Part shown: piece by piece, positions 46,150 to 56,900 of the stretch
Position numbering within the stretch: the stretch's first letter is position 1
Layout: the number at the start of each line of letters is the position of its first letter
Assembly (NCBI GenBank): GCA_965223845.1
Contig: CBDCXR010000004.1
Location: 7,424,001-7,488,000 of the forward strand
Length of the DNA: 64,000 nt
Reading direction: 5' to 3'
Source of the DNA: Planctomycetota bacterium
GTDB lineage: Bacteria > Planctomycetota > UBA8108 > SXIK01
Position numbers and translations under genes: made by a program
The notes under the pieces: generated by a model
Told to the model about the DNA's origin: nothing
Seen by the model: the letters and a program-made list of their open reading frames with translations, nothing else
The model's database searches: none

Positions 46150-46418
46150 CGGGTTTTCTCACGGGATTCGGTGAGCGCAGCGGCGAGCCACCGTAGGTCG
46201 TGAAGAGCACCGGAAAGGTCGCCACCCTGATCCTCGATGCGCCGTGTGCAGGTCGCACACATCTCCGCTCAGAGCGGCGCCGCCGCCGTGTTCGATTGCG
46301 ATCCACGGCGGCGCAGTAGAATCTGGTGAGGAATCCGGGCCAGCCGCACGTTCGATTTCGCTTCGTTTTCGCGTCGCTCGACTCTCGCGCGATTGGGCTC
46401 GCGCGAGAAGGAGACTCC

Positions 46419-46712
46419 ATGGCACTCAGCATCAACTTTCCCGACAAGATCCTCGCCGGTGTGCACCAGTCGTACACGGTCACTTCCGATGAAGGCTCTC
46501 CCAGTGGAACGATCGACGTCGGCGGGCGCGAGCTCGACCACCGCCTCATCCGGCTGGGCCCGCCGAAGGACGCGGCCGAGAGCACGACGCCGGTGATGAA
46601 GTACAAGGTGACGTTTCTTCTGCCGGAGGACGCCGCCGGGAAATCGGTGCAGCTCAAGTTCCGGGCTGGGGTGTCCACCGTTGAAGAGTCGCGCGAAGTG
46701 ACGAGCGAGTAG
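46419..46712 (+). CDS. Small hypothetical beta-rich protein (97 aa)
   Basis: AAGGAG RBS before ATG 46419; alternating hydrophobic pattern; normal codon usage. Confidence 0.7.
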   Translation: MALSINFPDKILAGVHQSYTVTSDEGSPSGTIDVGGRELDHRLIRLGPPKDAAESTTPVMKYKVTFLLPEDAAGKSVQLKFRAGVSTVEESREVTSE

Positions 46713-46767
46713 CCCGCCGTACTCTCGCGCTCGCCGGTCGATAGGCCCCGCTATCTTTGGTGCACCG

Positions 46768-47946
46768 TTGAGCGAGCTTCTTCCCTTCGCCGTACGACCG
46801 TCTGAAGCCGACCTCGATTCGAGCGCCGACGCGGACGGAGTCGTGGAGACGGCCGTCGGCGACGACCCTGAGCTCGGCTTCCTCGTCTACCGGCACGACT
46901 ACCGCACGCGAAGCGGGATCCGCAAGAATCGCCTCGCGCTCATCGCCACGCTCGACGCTCGTGACCACGCCCAGATCCGCGTCGGTCTCGATCTCGATGC
47001 GAACGATCTCCACGCCGCGCTCGGCGCACTCGAGGGCGGCGTCCAGTGCGAGCCGGTGATTTCCGGGTTCGAAGATCTCCACTTCGAGGTCGAAAAGTTC
47101 ATCGAGAAGACCGGGCTCATGGAGGGCCCGCCGCTCGCCACCGTGCGTGGAACCGACGAGGACCGGCATCGCCTCTGGTGTCTCCGCGACCCGAAGGCGC
47201 TTCGCCGCATCACCGAGTTTTTTCGCGGCCGCGACGTCTACCTCCTCGGTGGTCTCGATACCTACCGCGCGATGTGGCGGCTGCGAGACCGCGAGGCGCC
47301 GGGAGGGAGCGACGACCGCGGCGAGGGCGTTTCGGTGTCCGGTGCGACGCACGCGCCGCTCGTAGCGCTCTTCAACCTCTTCGATTTCGGCGTCGCTCTC
47401 TCCGCACACCACGTTCTCGTGAAGGAGCTTCCTTCATTCGACATCAACGAGTTCGTCCTTCGCGTCTCGCCCTATTTTTCACTCAAGACGTTTCCGTTCG
47501 ATGCGGGAGTCTCGGTCTCGACCGCGCTCGCGAACTTTCGCGAGGAGCTGAGAGTCCTCGGATTCACGACGAACGCGGTGGGTGCGTATGTCGCCGGCGT
47601 CCCGCAGTTCTTCATCTTGCAGGCGCGCGAGGATGTCGATTCGTCGGAGCTCTTTCTTCCCGACGTTCAGCCCGACCAGCGGAAGTTCGACGCGTTTCTT
47701 CTTCGGCGAGTGCTCTTCGAGCGGTTTCTTCCCGTCGACCCGGAGCGAGAGTTCGAGTACGCCGAGACCGCCGAGGAGGCGGTCCACGCGGTCGAGTCGC
47801 GCGGATTCCGGGCGGCGTTCTTTCTGAACGCGCCGAACAAACGCCGCATGCTCGCGTATCTCCGCTCGGGGGCTCGTCTACCGCCGCGGAGCGTCGCGCT
47901 CGATCCGCCGGTTCCCGCGGGACTCCTCCGCCACACGTTCCGCTGA
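46768..47946 (+). CDS. DUF1015 family protein (divergent)
   Basis: LLPFAVRP N-terminus, HRLW, C-terminal AAFFLNAP..LPPRS..PPVPAGL resembling DUF1015. Confidence 0.65.
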   Translation: MSELLPFAVRPSEADLDSSADADGVVETAVGDDPELGFLVYRHDYRTRSGIRKNRLALIATLDARDHAQIRVGLDLDANDLHAALGALEGGVQCEPVISGFEDLHFEVEKFIEKTGLMEGPPLATVRGTDEDRHRLWCLRDPKALRRITEFFRGRDVYLLGGLDTYRAMWRLRDREAPGGSDDRGEGVSVSGATHAPLVALFNLFDFGVALSAHHVLVKELPSFDINEFVLRVSPYFSLKTFPFDAGVSVSTALANFREELRVLGFTTNAVGAYVAGVPQFFILQAREDVDSSELFLPDVQPDQRKFDAFLLRRVLFERFLPVDPEREFEYAETAEEAVHAVESRGFRAAFFLNAPNKRRMLAYLRSGARLPPRSVALDPPVPAGLLRHTFR

Positions 47947-48135
47947 CGCGAGCGAGACCCGCCCCGGAGCGAAGCTCCGACCGGGAGTTTCGTTCCCGTG
48001 CCTTGAGGCGCGTTTCCGGGAGTTTCGTTCCGGTTCTGTCGACGGCGCGTCCTCGCAGCACGGCGTCGGGCAAACCGCGAGCGTGACCATGATCGTTCGT
48101 CCGATCCTCGCGTCCCGTTTTCGCCGAGCTCGAAC

Positions 48136-48684
48136 TCAGGAATTCGCGAACTGGGAGAGCGCGATCTTCGCGCTCACCCACTTCTGCAGATCGCCTTCGC
48201 TCGCGTCTCCACCCGAATCGATCGGATGGACGTAGACGGACGTCTTCCCGTCGAGCTCGACGGAGAAGTAGCTCGTCGTCTCGGGCGGCTGTGATCCGCG
48301 GAAGCGGGGAAGATCGAAGAGACCGGCCCCCGAGAGGGCGGCGACCAGTGCGCCGAATCGCTCCGGTGAGAGCACTTTCGGCTGCGGTCGCGACGTCATC
48401 GCGCGGAACTGCGGACGGCGATCGGCCCCCGTGTGAACCTGGACCGCGAAGTCCTTCGCTGGGTCGTCGGCGAGCTCGCGGCTCGTCGTGAAGATCAGCG
48501 TCGTTCCGCGTGTCCGCTGCTCGCTCCGCAGCATCCCGCCGGAAGTCGGCGCCTGACGAAAGACGAGCGTCCCCTCGCGTGGTCCGCTCCGCGGCGCAGA
48601 CGGCCCCCCGCAGCCGACGCATGCGGCGACGGCGAGAAGTGTCGCGAGCGTCCTCAGCGCTTCAGTTGCGCCTTGATGATGCAC
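48136..48684 (-). CDS. Hypothetical lipoprotein
   Basis: Hydrophobic LATLLAVAA plus lipobox VGC; start uncertain (GTG 48684, or CTG 48657 overlapping the upstream stop). Confidence 0.65.
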   Translation of the reverse strand: MHHQGATEALRTLATLLAVAACVGCGGPSAPRSGPREGTLVFRQAPTSGGMLRSEQRTRGTTLIFTTSRELADDPAKDFAVQVHTGADRRPQFRAMTSRPQPKVLSPERFGALVAALSGAGLFDLPRFRGSQPPETTSYFSVELDGKTSVYVHPIDSGGDASEGDLQKWVSAKIALSQFANS

Positions 48685-49052
48685 TTGAGGATCTCGTCCT
48701 GAGCGTCCTTCGAGATCTCTTGAAACTTGAGACCCATCGAGCACCGCTCGCTGCCCTTTTCGAATTTCTCGATCCACGAGACGTGCGTGAGTGCCTTGAT
48801 CGGCGCGTCCATGTACGGGAGCAGCATGTTCACCCCGAGTAGGATTTCGCCCATGAGCAGTCCGGGAATCCAGCTCAGACTCGGGACTTTTCCGGTCAGG
48901 AGAAGACCGTGGCTGCTCACATTGGACGTCGAGCCCTCGTAGATCCCCTCTACGTCGACCGCGACGGTGTGGCTCAGAAACTTGTAGCGCACGGGAATGG
49001 ACGCGTTCACTCGAACGAATTCGCGCTTTTCCGTTTCTTGCGTGTGCGTCAT
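48654..49052 (-). CDS. Stand-alone PilZ domain protein
   Basis: EKREFVR (RxxxR), NVSSHG ([D/N]xSxxG), MGLKF. Confidence 0.88.
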   Translation of the reverse strand: MTHTQETEKREFVRVNASIPVRYKFLSHTVAVDVEGIYEGSTSNVSSHGLLLTGKVPSLSWIPGLLMGEILLGVNMLLPYMDAPIKALTHVSWIEKFEKGSERCSMGLKFQEISKDAQDEILKCIIKAQLKR

Positions 49053-49347
49053 GGCAGAGGGACTCGCTCCGGTTGCGGGGTAGACGCCTAATACTTCGTA
49101 CCGGGGAGACCATTTTGTTCACCTTTCGAGCGAGGATCCTTCGGGCTCAGCATTCTCGTCCAGATTGTACTGCGCACGCGCCCGAGCGCGCATCGGGCAT
49201 CGGGAGCGTCGAGCCCGCGCGCGGGGGGAATATCTTCGGAAGATGATCTCTCCGGCGGGGGCGCGTCGGACGGATCCGATATTCCTCGCGTGCGCCGCAC
49301 GCTCGAGTCCCGATGGTTCGCTCTCGGCTCGAATTCCCGGCGGAGAT

Positions 49348-50316
49348 CTACTTCCGCCGGATCAGTACGTCGTCGCGGATTCCCAAGCGCGCGCGAGTGT
49401 CGCGGATTTCGCGGAGGAATCTGCGCGCATCGAGGGCGTAGCCGGCCGTGGGCTTCACGTCGCGGAGCTTCTCCGACCAGAACTCGTTGAAGAGGCGCAT
49501 GTGGAGCTCGCGGACGTACTTCGAGCTCATCGAGGCGAGGGACACAGCGAGCGAGGTCGCGTCGCTCTCCTTCGCGAAGCGGACACGGAAGGGCGCGTTT
49601 CCCGCGGGGTCTTCCCGTCGGGAGAGTCGGTAGACGGAGCAGTCGGCGTCCTGCGACTCGATGCGGATGCTCCGCGGATGGAGACCTTCGTAGAGAGAAG
49701 GGCCGTAGCGCATCCTTCCGCCTTGGCGGTCGATGACGACGTCGACCTCGTCGTTCGGGAACTGCTTCCAAAGTCGGCGGAGGAACCCCGCGATGACGGC
49801 GAACGACACGGTCGCTTTGTTCTTTCCGCTCGCGAGCGAGCGATTGAACTCGGCGACGTGGAGCGGCTCCGATGCGATGCCGACGAGTCGGATTCCCGCG
49901 CGTTCGCCAGCCGAGGCCAACGTGTCGCTGCGGGCGCGAATCACGCCGCGAAAGGTGTCGACGGGAAGCTCGGTGTCGCGGCCGGCGTACCACGGGTACC
50001 GGTCGAGAGTCTCGATGATCTTCTTGCCGGACACCTGATCGAGGAGACCGCGCAGCGTGCGCGGTATCGAGCGGTGTCGCCAGCGCAGGAACGGGAGCAC
50101 ACCCTCCTCGAGATCTCGGAGTCCCTTTCGGCGCTGATAGAGCTTCTTCGAATCGTCGACCGGCACGCGATGGCCGTCCGGCTTGCGGCAAACCGCCGGC
50201 GAGAGTGCGTTCCAGAGATCGTCTGGCTCGCGCTCGACGCGAAAGACCGCGATCGAGACGACGAGCGGCCCAAGAGTCGGACCGTAACCGGCTTCGTCGA
50301 TGCCAGCGAGGATCAT
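49348..50316 (-). CDS. Ribonuclease HII-like protein
   Basis: LAGIDEAGYGP, VDDSKK, IDRQGGR, VSLASMSSKYVRE, AGY. Confidence 0.8.
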   Translation of the reverse strand: MILAGIDEAGYGPTLGPLVVSIAVFRVEREPDDLWNALSPAVCRKPDGHRVPVDDSKKLYQRRKGLRDLEEGVLPFLRWRHRSIPRTLRGLLDQVSGKKIIETLDRYPWYAGRDTELPVDTFRGVIRARSDTLASAGERAGIRLVGIASEPLHVAEFNRSLASGKNKATVSFAVIAGFLRRLWKQFPNDEVDVVIDRQGGRMRYGPSLYEGLHPRSIRIESQDADCSVYRLSRREDPAGNAPFRVRFAKESDATSLAVSLASMSSKYVRELHMRLFNEFWSEKLRDVKPTAGYALDARRFLREIRDTRARLGIRDDVLIRRK

Positions 50317-50607
50317 CGTGCGGCGGACAAGGAGGAGTAACGGGACCGGAACGCGGACGGGATTCACGGTTCTCGCTCACGCTCGGCCGCAACATTCGAC
50401 CGAGTTCGGCGTTTGATTTCAAACTCGAGCTGGCTCCCCCCGGGGGACGTTCGACTTCTGCGGCTTGTTCGGTCGGCCCGCTTCGCTCTCTGGGCTGGGA
50501 CTGTCAGCTCGGTATATAATCCCGAAGGCGTGAGCGGGAGTTCGTTCGCGCGCGGACGCGATCGGGGTTCGCCCGGTCGCAACTCCCTTCGAAGGCTGTA
50601 CATCCAC

Positions 50608-53577
50608 GTGAATCGCACAACGCTCAGTCCCGGCGTCGCCACCCGACGCTGGCTCCCTCGACTCGTCTCCGTCACCGTCGCGCTGTTCGCCGTACACTTC
50701 GTCCCGGACGCGCGCGCGCAGGAGAACGACTCCGACGACCCGGCGGTCGAGAACGAGCTCGCCCCCGAGGAGCCCTCCCTCGAGGAGGCCGAGGCGCTTC
50801 GTCTCGAAGGTGACTACGAGGACGCGATCGAGGAGTACCGCCGAGTCCTAGCGGATTCGCCGAATGACGTCGCCGCGCAGCAGGGACTCGCGCGAGCGCT
50901 GTCGGAGCTCGGGCGCGACGACGAGGCGGGTGAGTTCCTGCAACATTCGAAAGAGCTCGAGTCGACCGGTTCGCTGCGGCGGGAGCTGGGGCGCGTTCGG
51001 CTTCGCCGCGGTCGCTTGCGTGAAGCGGAAGCCGAGTTTCGGAAGGCGATCGCGCTCGATGCGAACGACGTCATCGCCGTCAATCGCCTCGGAGAAACGC
51101 TCCACAAGCAGGGCCGCATCTCGTCCGCCGAGCGAGCTTGGGGTCAGGTGATCGACATCTACCAGCGGCTTTCGGTCGAGGAAGCCGAAAAGCTTCCGGC
51201 GGTGGCGTTCGTCGAGATGGGTCTCGCGTGCGTCGGCCTCAATCGGTTTCGGGACGCGAACGACGTCATGTTCGCGCAGGCAGCCGAAAAAGATCGCGAG
51301 AGTCCGGATCTTCTCCTCGCCGAGGGGAGGATCTTCCTGGCGAAGTACAACTACCCCGACTCGCGGAAATCGCTCCGGGAGCTCCTCGATATCAACCGCC
51401 GCTCGGCCGATGCGCTGACCGTCCTCGCGGACAACTACCTCACGGATTTTCAGGAGGGCACGGGACGCTACGAGCTCGCGGAGAAGTTCGTCGGCCGCGC
51501 GCTCGAGGTGAATCCGCATCATGCCGAGGCGCACATCGTCCGCGGACTGCTGCAGCTTAGCGATGGGTACACGGACCGCGCTCGCGCGGACTTCTCCCGC
51601 GCGACCGAGCTCGACCCCTCGTCACTCCGAGCGCGAGGATTGCTCGCCGCGTGCTACTACCTCGTCGGCGACGACGAAGCCTTCGCCTCGCTCGAAAAAG
51701 AAACGCTCGATCGAAATCCCCGCGCGGGCGAGTTCTATCACGCGCTCGCCGTCGCGATCGAACGGAAGTTCCGCTACGCGGACGTCGTGAAATTCTGCGA
51801 GAAGGCGGTGGAGGTCGCTCCGAAGTACTGGCCGGTCTACCTTCCTCTAGCCGTGAATCTCATGCGCGTCGGGGACGACAAGCGCGGGCGAGAGTTCCTC
51901 GATAAGGCCTGGGAGCACGATCCCTACAACGTCTGGGCGATCAATACGCGAAAGCTCGTGCAGCACATGAAACGAAGGCATCGCGTCTTCGAGACCGATC
52001 GCTTCGTCTTTCGTTTTCCCAAAGAGCCGCGGGAGTTCAACGTCCTCAGCACGTACCTCGTCCCGCTCCTCGAGAAGGGGTTCGACAAACTGTCCGCCCG
52101 CTACGAGCTCGAGCTCGAGCCGCCGATCTACGTCGAATCGTTCGCGGAGCACAAGTGGTTCAGTGCGCGCACCGTAGGGCTCGAAGGGTTCGCGGCGGCC
52201 GGGGCGTGCTTCGGCGACGTGGTGACGCTGACGACGCCGACGGCGCTGCCGCAGCAGAACTGGGGCGCCGTTGCGTGGCACGAGTTCGCCCACGTCGTCA
52301 CGCTCAACTTGACGCACAACCGCGTCCCGCGCTGGCTCACCGAAGGGCTCAGCGTCTACGAGGAAGGTCGCGACCATCCCGAGTGGACACGCAATTTCGC
52401 CCGCGACGTCGCCGATGCCTTCGGATCGGATCGCCTCCTTCCGATCGCCGAGCTCGACTTCGGATTCTCGAAACCGAAGTATCCGGGCCAGATCCTGATG
52501 TCGTACTTTCAGGGTTGCTTGATCGTTCGTTACATCGAGAAGACCTGGGGCTTCGATCGCATCCTCAAGATCCTCCGCGGCTACCGCGATCTGAAGCCGC
52601 TCGCCCAGAACTTTCGCGAAGCGCTCGATGTCTCCCTCGAGGAGTTCGACGCCGGATTCTTCAAGTACGTCGCCGAGTGGGTCGACGCGAACGGCTACAC
52701 CCCCGCGCTCGCCGAGGACGTGATCCCTCGGCTCGAGCTCGAGACGGAGACCGAGCCGGACGAGCTCTCGAAGTGGATCGACCTCGCGTGGGCGTACTTC
52801 CTGAACGGGGGGCCGGAGGAAGAAGACTCCGCCATCGCGCTTCATCGCGTGATCGAGGTCGATCCCGATCACGGCGACGCGCACGCCCTGCTCGGAATGA
52901 TCGCACAGCGGAACGAGGACGAAGAGCGCGCGCGGGAGAATTACGAGAAGGCCCTCGAGCGCGGGACGCGCTTTCGCTTCCGCCTCCATTTTGCGCTCGG
53001 GGCGATGGCCGCCGAGCGGGGCGACACCGACGCGGCGATCGAACACTTCGAGGCGGCAAAGAAGATCTCGCCGGCGGCGGGGGCGGCGACCTTTCCGCCC
53101 GGTGGGGAGAACACGTACTACCGCCTCGCAAAGCTGTACCACGGAGCCGGTCGCGGCGAGGACGCGGTGCGGCAGATGATCGAGCTTCGGCCGCACGCGC
53201 CCGAGGATCCACGCTGCCGCGTCGCGATCTTCAAGTTCTACGAGAACGACACGAGCGAGGAAGCGGCGAAGGAGAAGCTCGCCGCGCTGCGAGAGCTGAT
53301 CTACATCGCGCCGTACGATGGCGCGGTCCACACGGCGCTTGCCGAGGTGGCGAGTCGGGCGGGAGACCACGACACGGTGATTCGCGAGCAAACCTACCTG
53401 CTCCGGTTCCCGTCGACGAACCCTCAGCTCGCGCACGTCGCCCTCGCGGAGGCGTACCTCGCGAAGGGGGACCGCGAGAACGCGGCGGTTCACGCCCGGA
53501 AGGTCCTCGATCTCGATCCCGGGGACCGGGCGGCCAAGCGCGTTCTCGAGGCCGCGCAGACTGGAACGACGGAATGA
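50608..53577 (+). CDS. Secreted TPR-repeat protein with central gluzincin (peptidase MA-like) domain
   Basis: Signal peptide, many TPRs, WHEFAHV (HExxH), PRWLTEGL; start uncertain. Confidence 0.88.
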   Translation: MNRTTLSPGVATRRWLPRLVSVTVALFAVHFVPDARAQENDSDDPAVENELAPEEPSLEEAEALRLEGDYEDAIEEYRRVLADSPNDVAAQQGLARALSELGRDDEAGEFLQHSKELESTGSLRRELGRVRLRRGRLREAEAEFRKAIALDANDVIAVNRLGETLHKQGRISSAERAWGQVIDIYQRLSVEEAEKLPAVAFVEMGLACVGLNRFRDANDVMFAQAAEKDRESPDLLLAEGRIFLAKYNYPDSRKSLRELLDINRRSADALTVLADNYLTDFQEGTGRYELAEKFVGRALEVNPHHAEAHIVRGLLQLSDGYTDRARADFSRATELDPSSLRARGLLAACYYLVGDDEAFASLEKETLDRNPRAGEFYHALAVAIERKFRYADVVKFCEKAVEVAPKYWPVYLPLAVNLMRVGDDKRGREFLDKAWEHDPYNVWAINTRKLVQHMKRRHRVFETDRFVFRFPKEPREFNVLSTYLVPLLEKGFDKLSARYELELEPPIYVESFAEHKWFSARTVGLEGFAAAGACFGDVVTLTTPTALPQQNWGAVAWHEFAHVVTLNLTHNRVPRWLTEGLSVYEEGRDHPEWTRNFARDVADAFGSDRLLPIAELDFGFSKPKYPGQILMSYFQGCLIVRYIEKTWGFDRILKILRGYRDLKPLAQNFREALDVSLEEFDAGFFKYVAEWVDANGYTPALAEDVIPRLELETETEPDELSKWIDLAWAYFLNGGPEEEDSAIALHRVIEVDPDHGDAHALLGMIAQRNEDEERARENYEKALERGTRFRFRLHFALGAMAAERGDTDAAIEHFEAAKKISPAAGAATFPPGGENTYYRLAKLYHGAGRGEDAVRQMIELRPHAPEDPRCRVAIFKFYENDTSEEAAKEKLAALRELIYIAPYDGAVHTALAEVASRAGDHDTVIREQTYLLRFPSTNPQLAHVALAEAYLAKGDRENAAVHARKVLDLDPGDRAAKRVLEAAQTGTTE

Positions 53578-53948
53578 GTCGTCCCGGGGCGGATGGGTCG
53601 ATCCGAGACGAGAGTGTCTCGAATCCACACACCGTTCGGCGCGACTGGTTTCACCGGAAGTGCCGATAGAATCGGTACTTAACCCGCGATCAGGCGCGGG
53701 GAACGGCAGTTGCTAAAACCAGCGTCACGCCCCCGGTGTCTCTCCGTTTTCCGAGAGATCCGGGTCGCTCTCGAGCGCGGTCGACGATTTACCTGGCCGC
53801 GTCGGGCGCGCTACTCTACCCGATCCCGCGAATCGTCGGTCCGGTCCGATTCCGACTCCGGCCGCCCACGCGGGACCAAGGGTTGAGGACACCAACCAAG
53901 TCCGGCACGAACCACGAACGGCTCCCCTCTATCGACCGGAGATCTTCC

Positions 53949-56900
53949 ATGAGCTCGACCATGAAGGCCGCTCTCGCGAGCGCCGCCATTCTGATCCTTC
54001 TCGGCGCCGCGATTTTCCTGATCGGACTCGGCGACGATCTCGACGACCGCCCGGCGGACGACGTCGTCATCGACGAGCCCGAGCCGGAGCGGGTCGCAGA
54101 ACCGCGCGCGGTCAAGCCCGAGGCGACGCCGATCGCGACCGTGATCTCACGCGACGCCGTCGCGGTCACCGCAAGCGTCGTCGACACGGATGGCCGCGCG
54201 CTCGCGCAGGCTCAGCTTCTCGTTGCGCGGGCCGCGGACGGCGACCGTCTCGGCGATCGCGTCTGGGATTCTTCGCAGGGCGGAAATACCGGCGACGGTA
54301 GGTTCCGCTTCTCCCTGGAGCCGGGTGCCTACATCGCACACGCGCAGTGTCGGGGATACACCGGCGAAAAGAAGCTGCTCACGGTCGTCAAAGGAGTGCC
54401 GCAGGAGCTCACGTTCACGCTCGACCGCGGAAACTCCATCTCCGGCCGAATTCTCGACCGTTCCGGTGAAGGCATCGCCGGCGCGCGGGTTCTCGCGCTC
54501 AAGGAGCTCGGCCCGCCGGACGCGGACCTCGAGACGGCGCTGATTCAGTTGATCGGCCTCGAGGAGATGACCAATAGGGCCGAGGCCGAAACTTTCAGTG
54601 CCGACGACGGCAGCTACGTTCTCGACGGTTTGGCGCCCGAGTGGTTCTCGGTGCGCGCCATCGCGAAGGAGTTCGTCCCCGGCGAAGTGAAGGGCGTTCC
54701 GGCGCCGCGCGAACGGGTCAACATCGTGCTCGAGCCGGGCGGACTCGTGACCGGCGTCGTCACGGACGCCGCGGGCGCGCCGATCGCGAGCGCGAAGGTC
54801 GAGGCGTTTCGCGAGACCGAGAGCACCGCGATGATCGACGTCATCCTCTCGAAGTCGAGACCGGCCGTCGACTCGGTCGAGAGCGCCTCGGATGGGACCT
54901 TCGAGTTCAATACGCTCGGGAGCGGCATCTACAACTTCCGGGTCACGGCGCGAGGGTTTCGATCCCACGTCGAGGGAAAGGTGCGAGTGGATTCAGCCAC
55001 TCCGCTTCGCTTCAAGCTCGAGCCGGGCCTCTCGATCGTCGGATACATCCAGGGGCCGAACGGCGAGCCGATCGTCGGCGCGAAGGTGCGCGCCCAGCCG
55101 CTCATCGGCGCGTCCCGCGGGCGTCCTGAAATCACGATGATCAGCTTCGACGACGACAGCGTGTTCACGAACAACGAAGGTTACTTCCTCTTCGATACAC
55201 TCGAGGATGGCGAGTACAACCTGCTCGCGTTCCACGCCGACTACCAGACGCTGCGGCGCAAGGGGATCCGCACCGAGAGCGGCGAGCTGATGCTGCGGAT
55301 GACGTTTGGCGGTCGCATCAGCGGCCGTGTCACCGATCAGGACGGAACGCCGATCCCGGGCGCGCGTGTCGTCGCGACCGATGTCGCCGACTTCACCAAG
55401 GACGAGGTGACGGACGAGGACGGCGTGTTCGTCTTGAGCGGCGTCCAGACCGGGCGTCGTGCGGTGTCCGTGAACGTGAGCGCCGAGGGCTTCGCACGCG
55501 TGCGCCGGCAGGTCAAGGTGAACGACGGCAGCGAGGTCGAGCAGGACTTCCGACTCGATGCGACGGCGCGCGTGACCGGACGCGTGCTCACGTCGAACGG
55601 TGATCCGCTGCGCGGTGTGATGTTGATGGTGAAGAAATCCGAAGAAAACGCGACGGTCGATTACACGATCGCGAACGGGCGGACGAACCACAACGGTGAG
55701 TTCAGCATCCCGAGCGTCGAGGCGAGCGGTAAGCTGTGGATTCGCGCGAAGCTCGCGGGCTTCCTCGAGGGTGCGAGTGACGACTTCGACGTCGAGCCGG
55801 GCTCGGCGATCGAGCTGCCGCCGATCGTGCTCGATCTCGGAGGAACGATTATGGGCCGCGTGGAAGACCCGGATGGCCGTCCGGTCGGCGGCGCTCGCGT
55901 CACGTTCCGTCGCGAGGGACAGAGCGAGACGACGATGGGCGGCAACGCGTCGGTGACGACGGCACAGAACGGCGAGTTTCGCCTTCAGGGCCTCCAGTCG
56001 GGTGTGCTCGATCTCGTCGTCCAACCGGTGCATCTCCTCGAGAAGGTCGTGCCGGATCTCGACGTGAAGGAAGGTCAGGTCGTCGGACCGACCGTCGTCC
56101 GCGTCGAGCGCGGAAACAGCGTTACGGGTCGCGTCGTGGACACCGAAGGCGAGACGGTCGCCGGCGCGGAGATCTACGTCCGCGACTACTCGCGCGGAGC
56201 GGCCGAGAGCCGGGCAGTGACCGACGCGAACGGCAAGTTCGCCGTCAGCAAGATCGTCACGAACGACACGGTCGAGCTGGAGGTCGTGCACCCGAGCTAC
56301 TCGAAGTACTTGCGTGACGAGGTGAAGGTCGGGTCGGAGCTCGAGATCGTCCTCCAGGAGCTCGGCACGATCGTCGGCGTCGTCGTCGATCCCGACGGAA
56401 TGCCGGTGAGCTCGTTCTCCGTCCAGCCGCAGGCGGTGGGGGCGCGCGACGGGAAGCGGCCGCTCCGCTCGCGTACGGTCGACGCGGACGACGGACGGTT
56501 CCGCTACCGCGGAATCCCGAAGGGTATCTACAACGTGCAGATTCGCGCGCCGGCCTACTCGGCGGCGACCCTCGAGAACGTCGAGATCTCCGAAGGCGCC
56601 GAGGTGGACCTGGGTCGCGTCCAGCTGCAGACGGGCGGAGCGGTCGGCGGGTTCGTGATCGACGCGGTGACGCGAGAGCCCGTCGTTGGGGCGCGCGTCT
56701 CCATCGTGCAGGGGACGAGCCGATTCGTCTCACCGCGCCCGGGCTCGCCGTCGGGCGCGCGCCGTGGCCGCTCGAACGAGACGACGGACTCCCGCGGCGA
56801 GTTCTCGTTCGTCGGCCTGAAGAGCGGCAACCTCACTCTCCGCGTCACGCACCCCGATTACGTCGCCGAGAAGGTGCAGACGAACCCCGATGCCGCCGCG

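Noticed and set aside
53661-53670. GCCGATAG (also GCCGATAT near 18981) as sigma28 -10 boxes
   Set aside because: No TAAA-like -35 element at the proper spacing.
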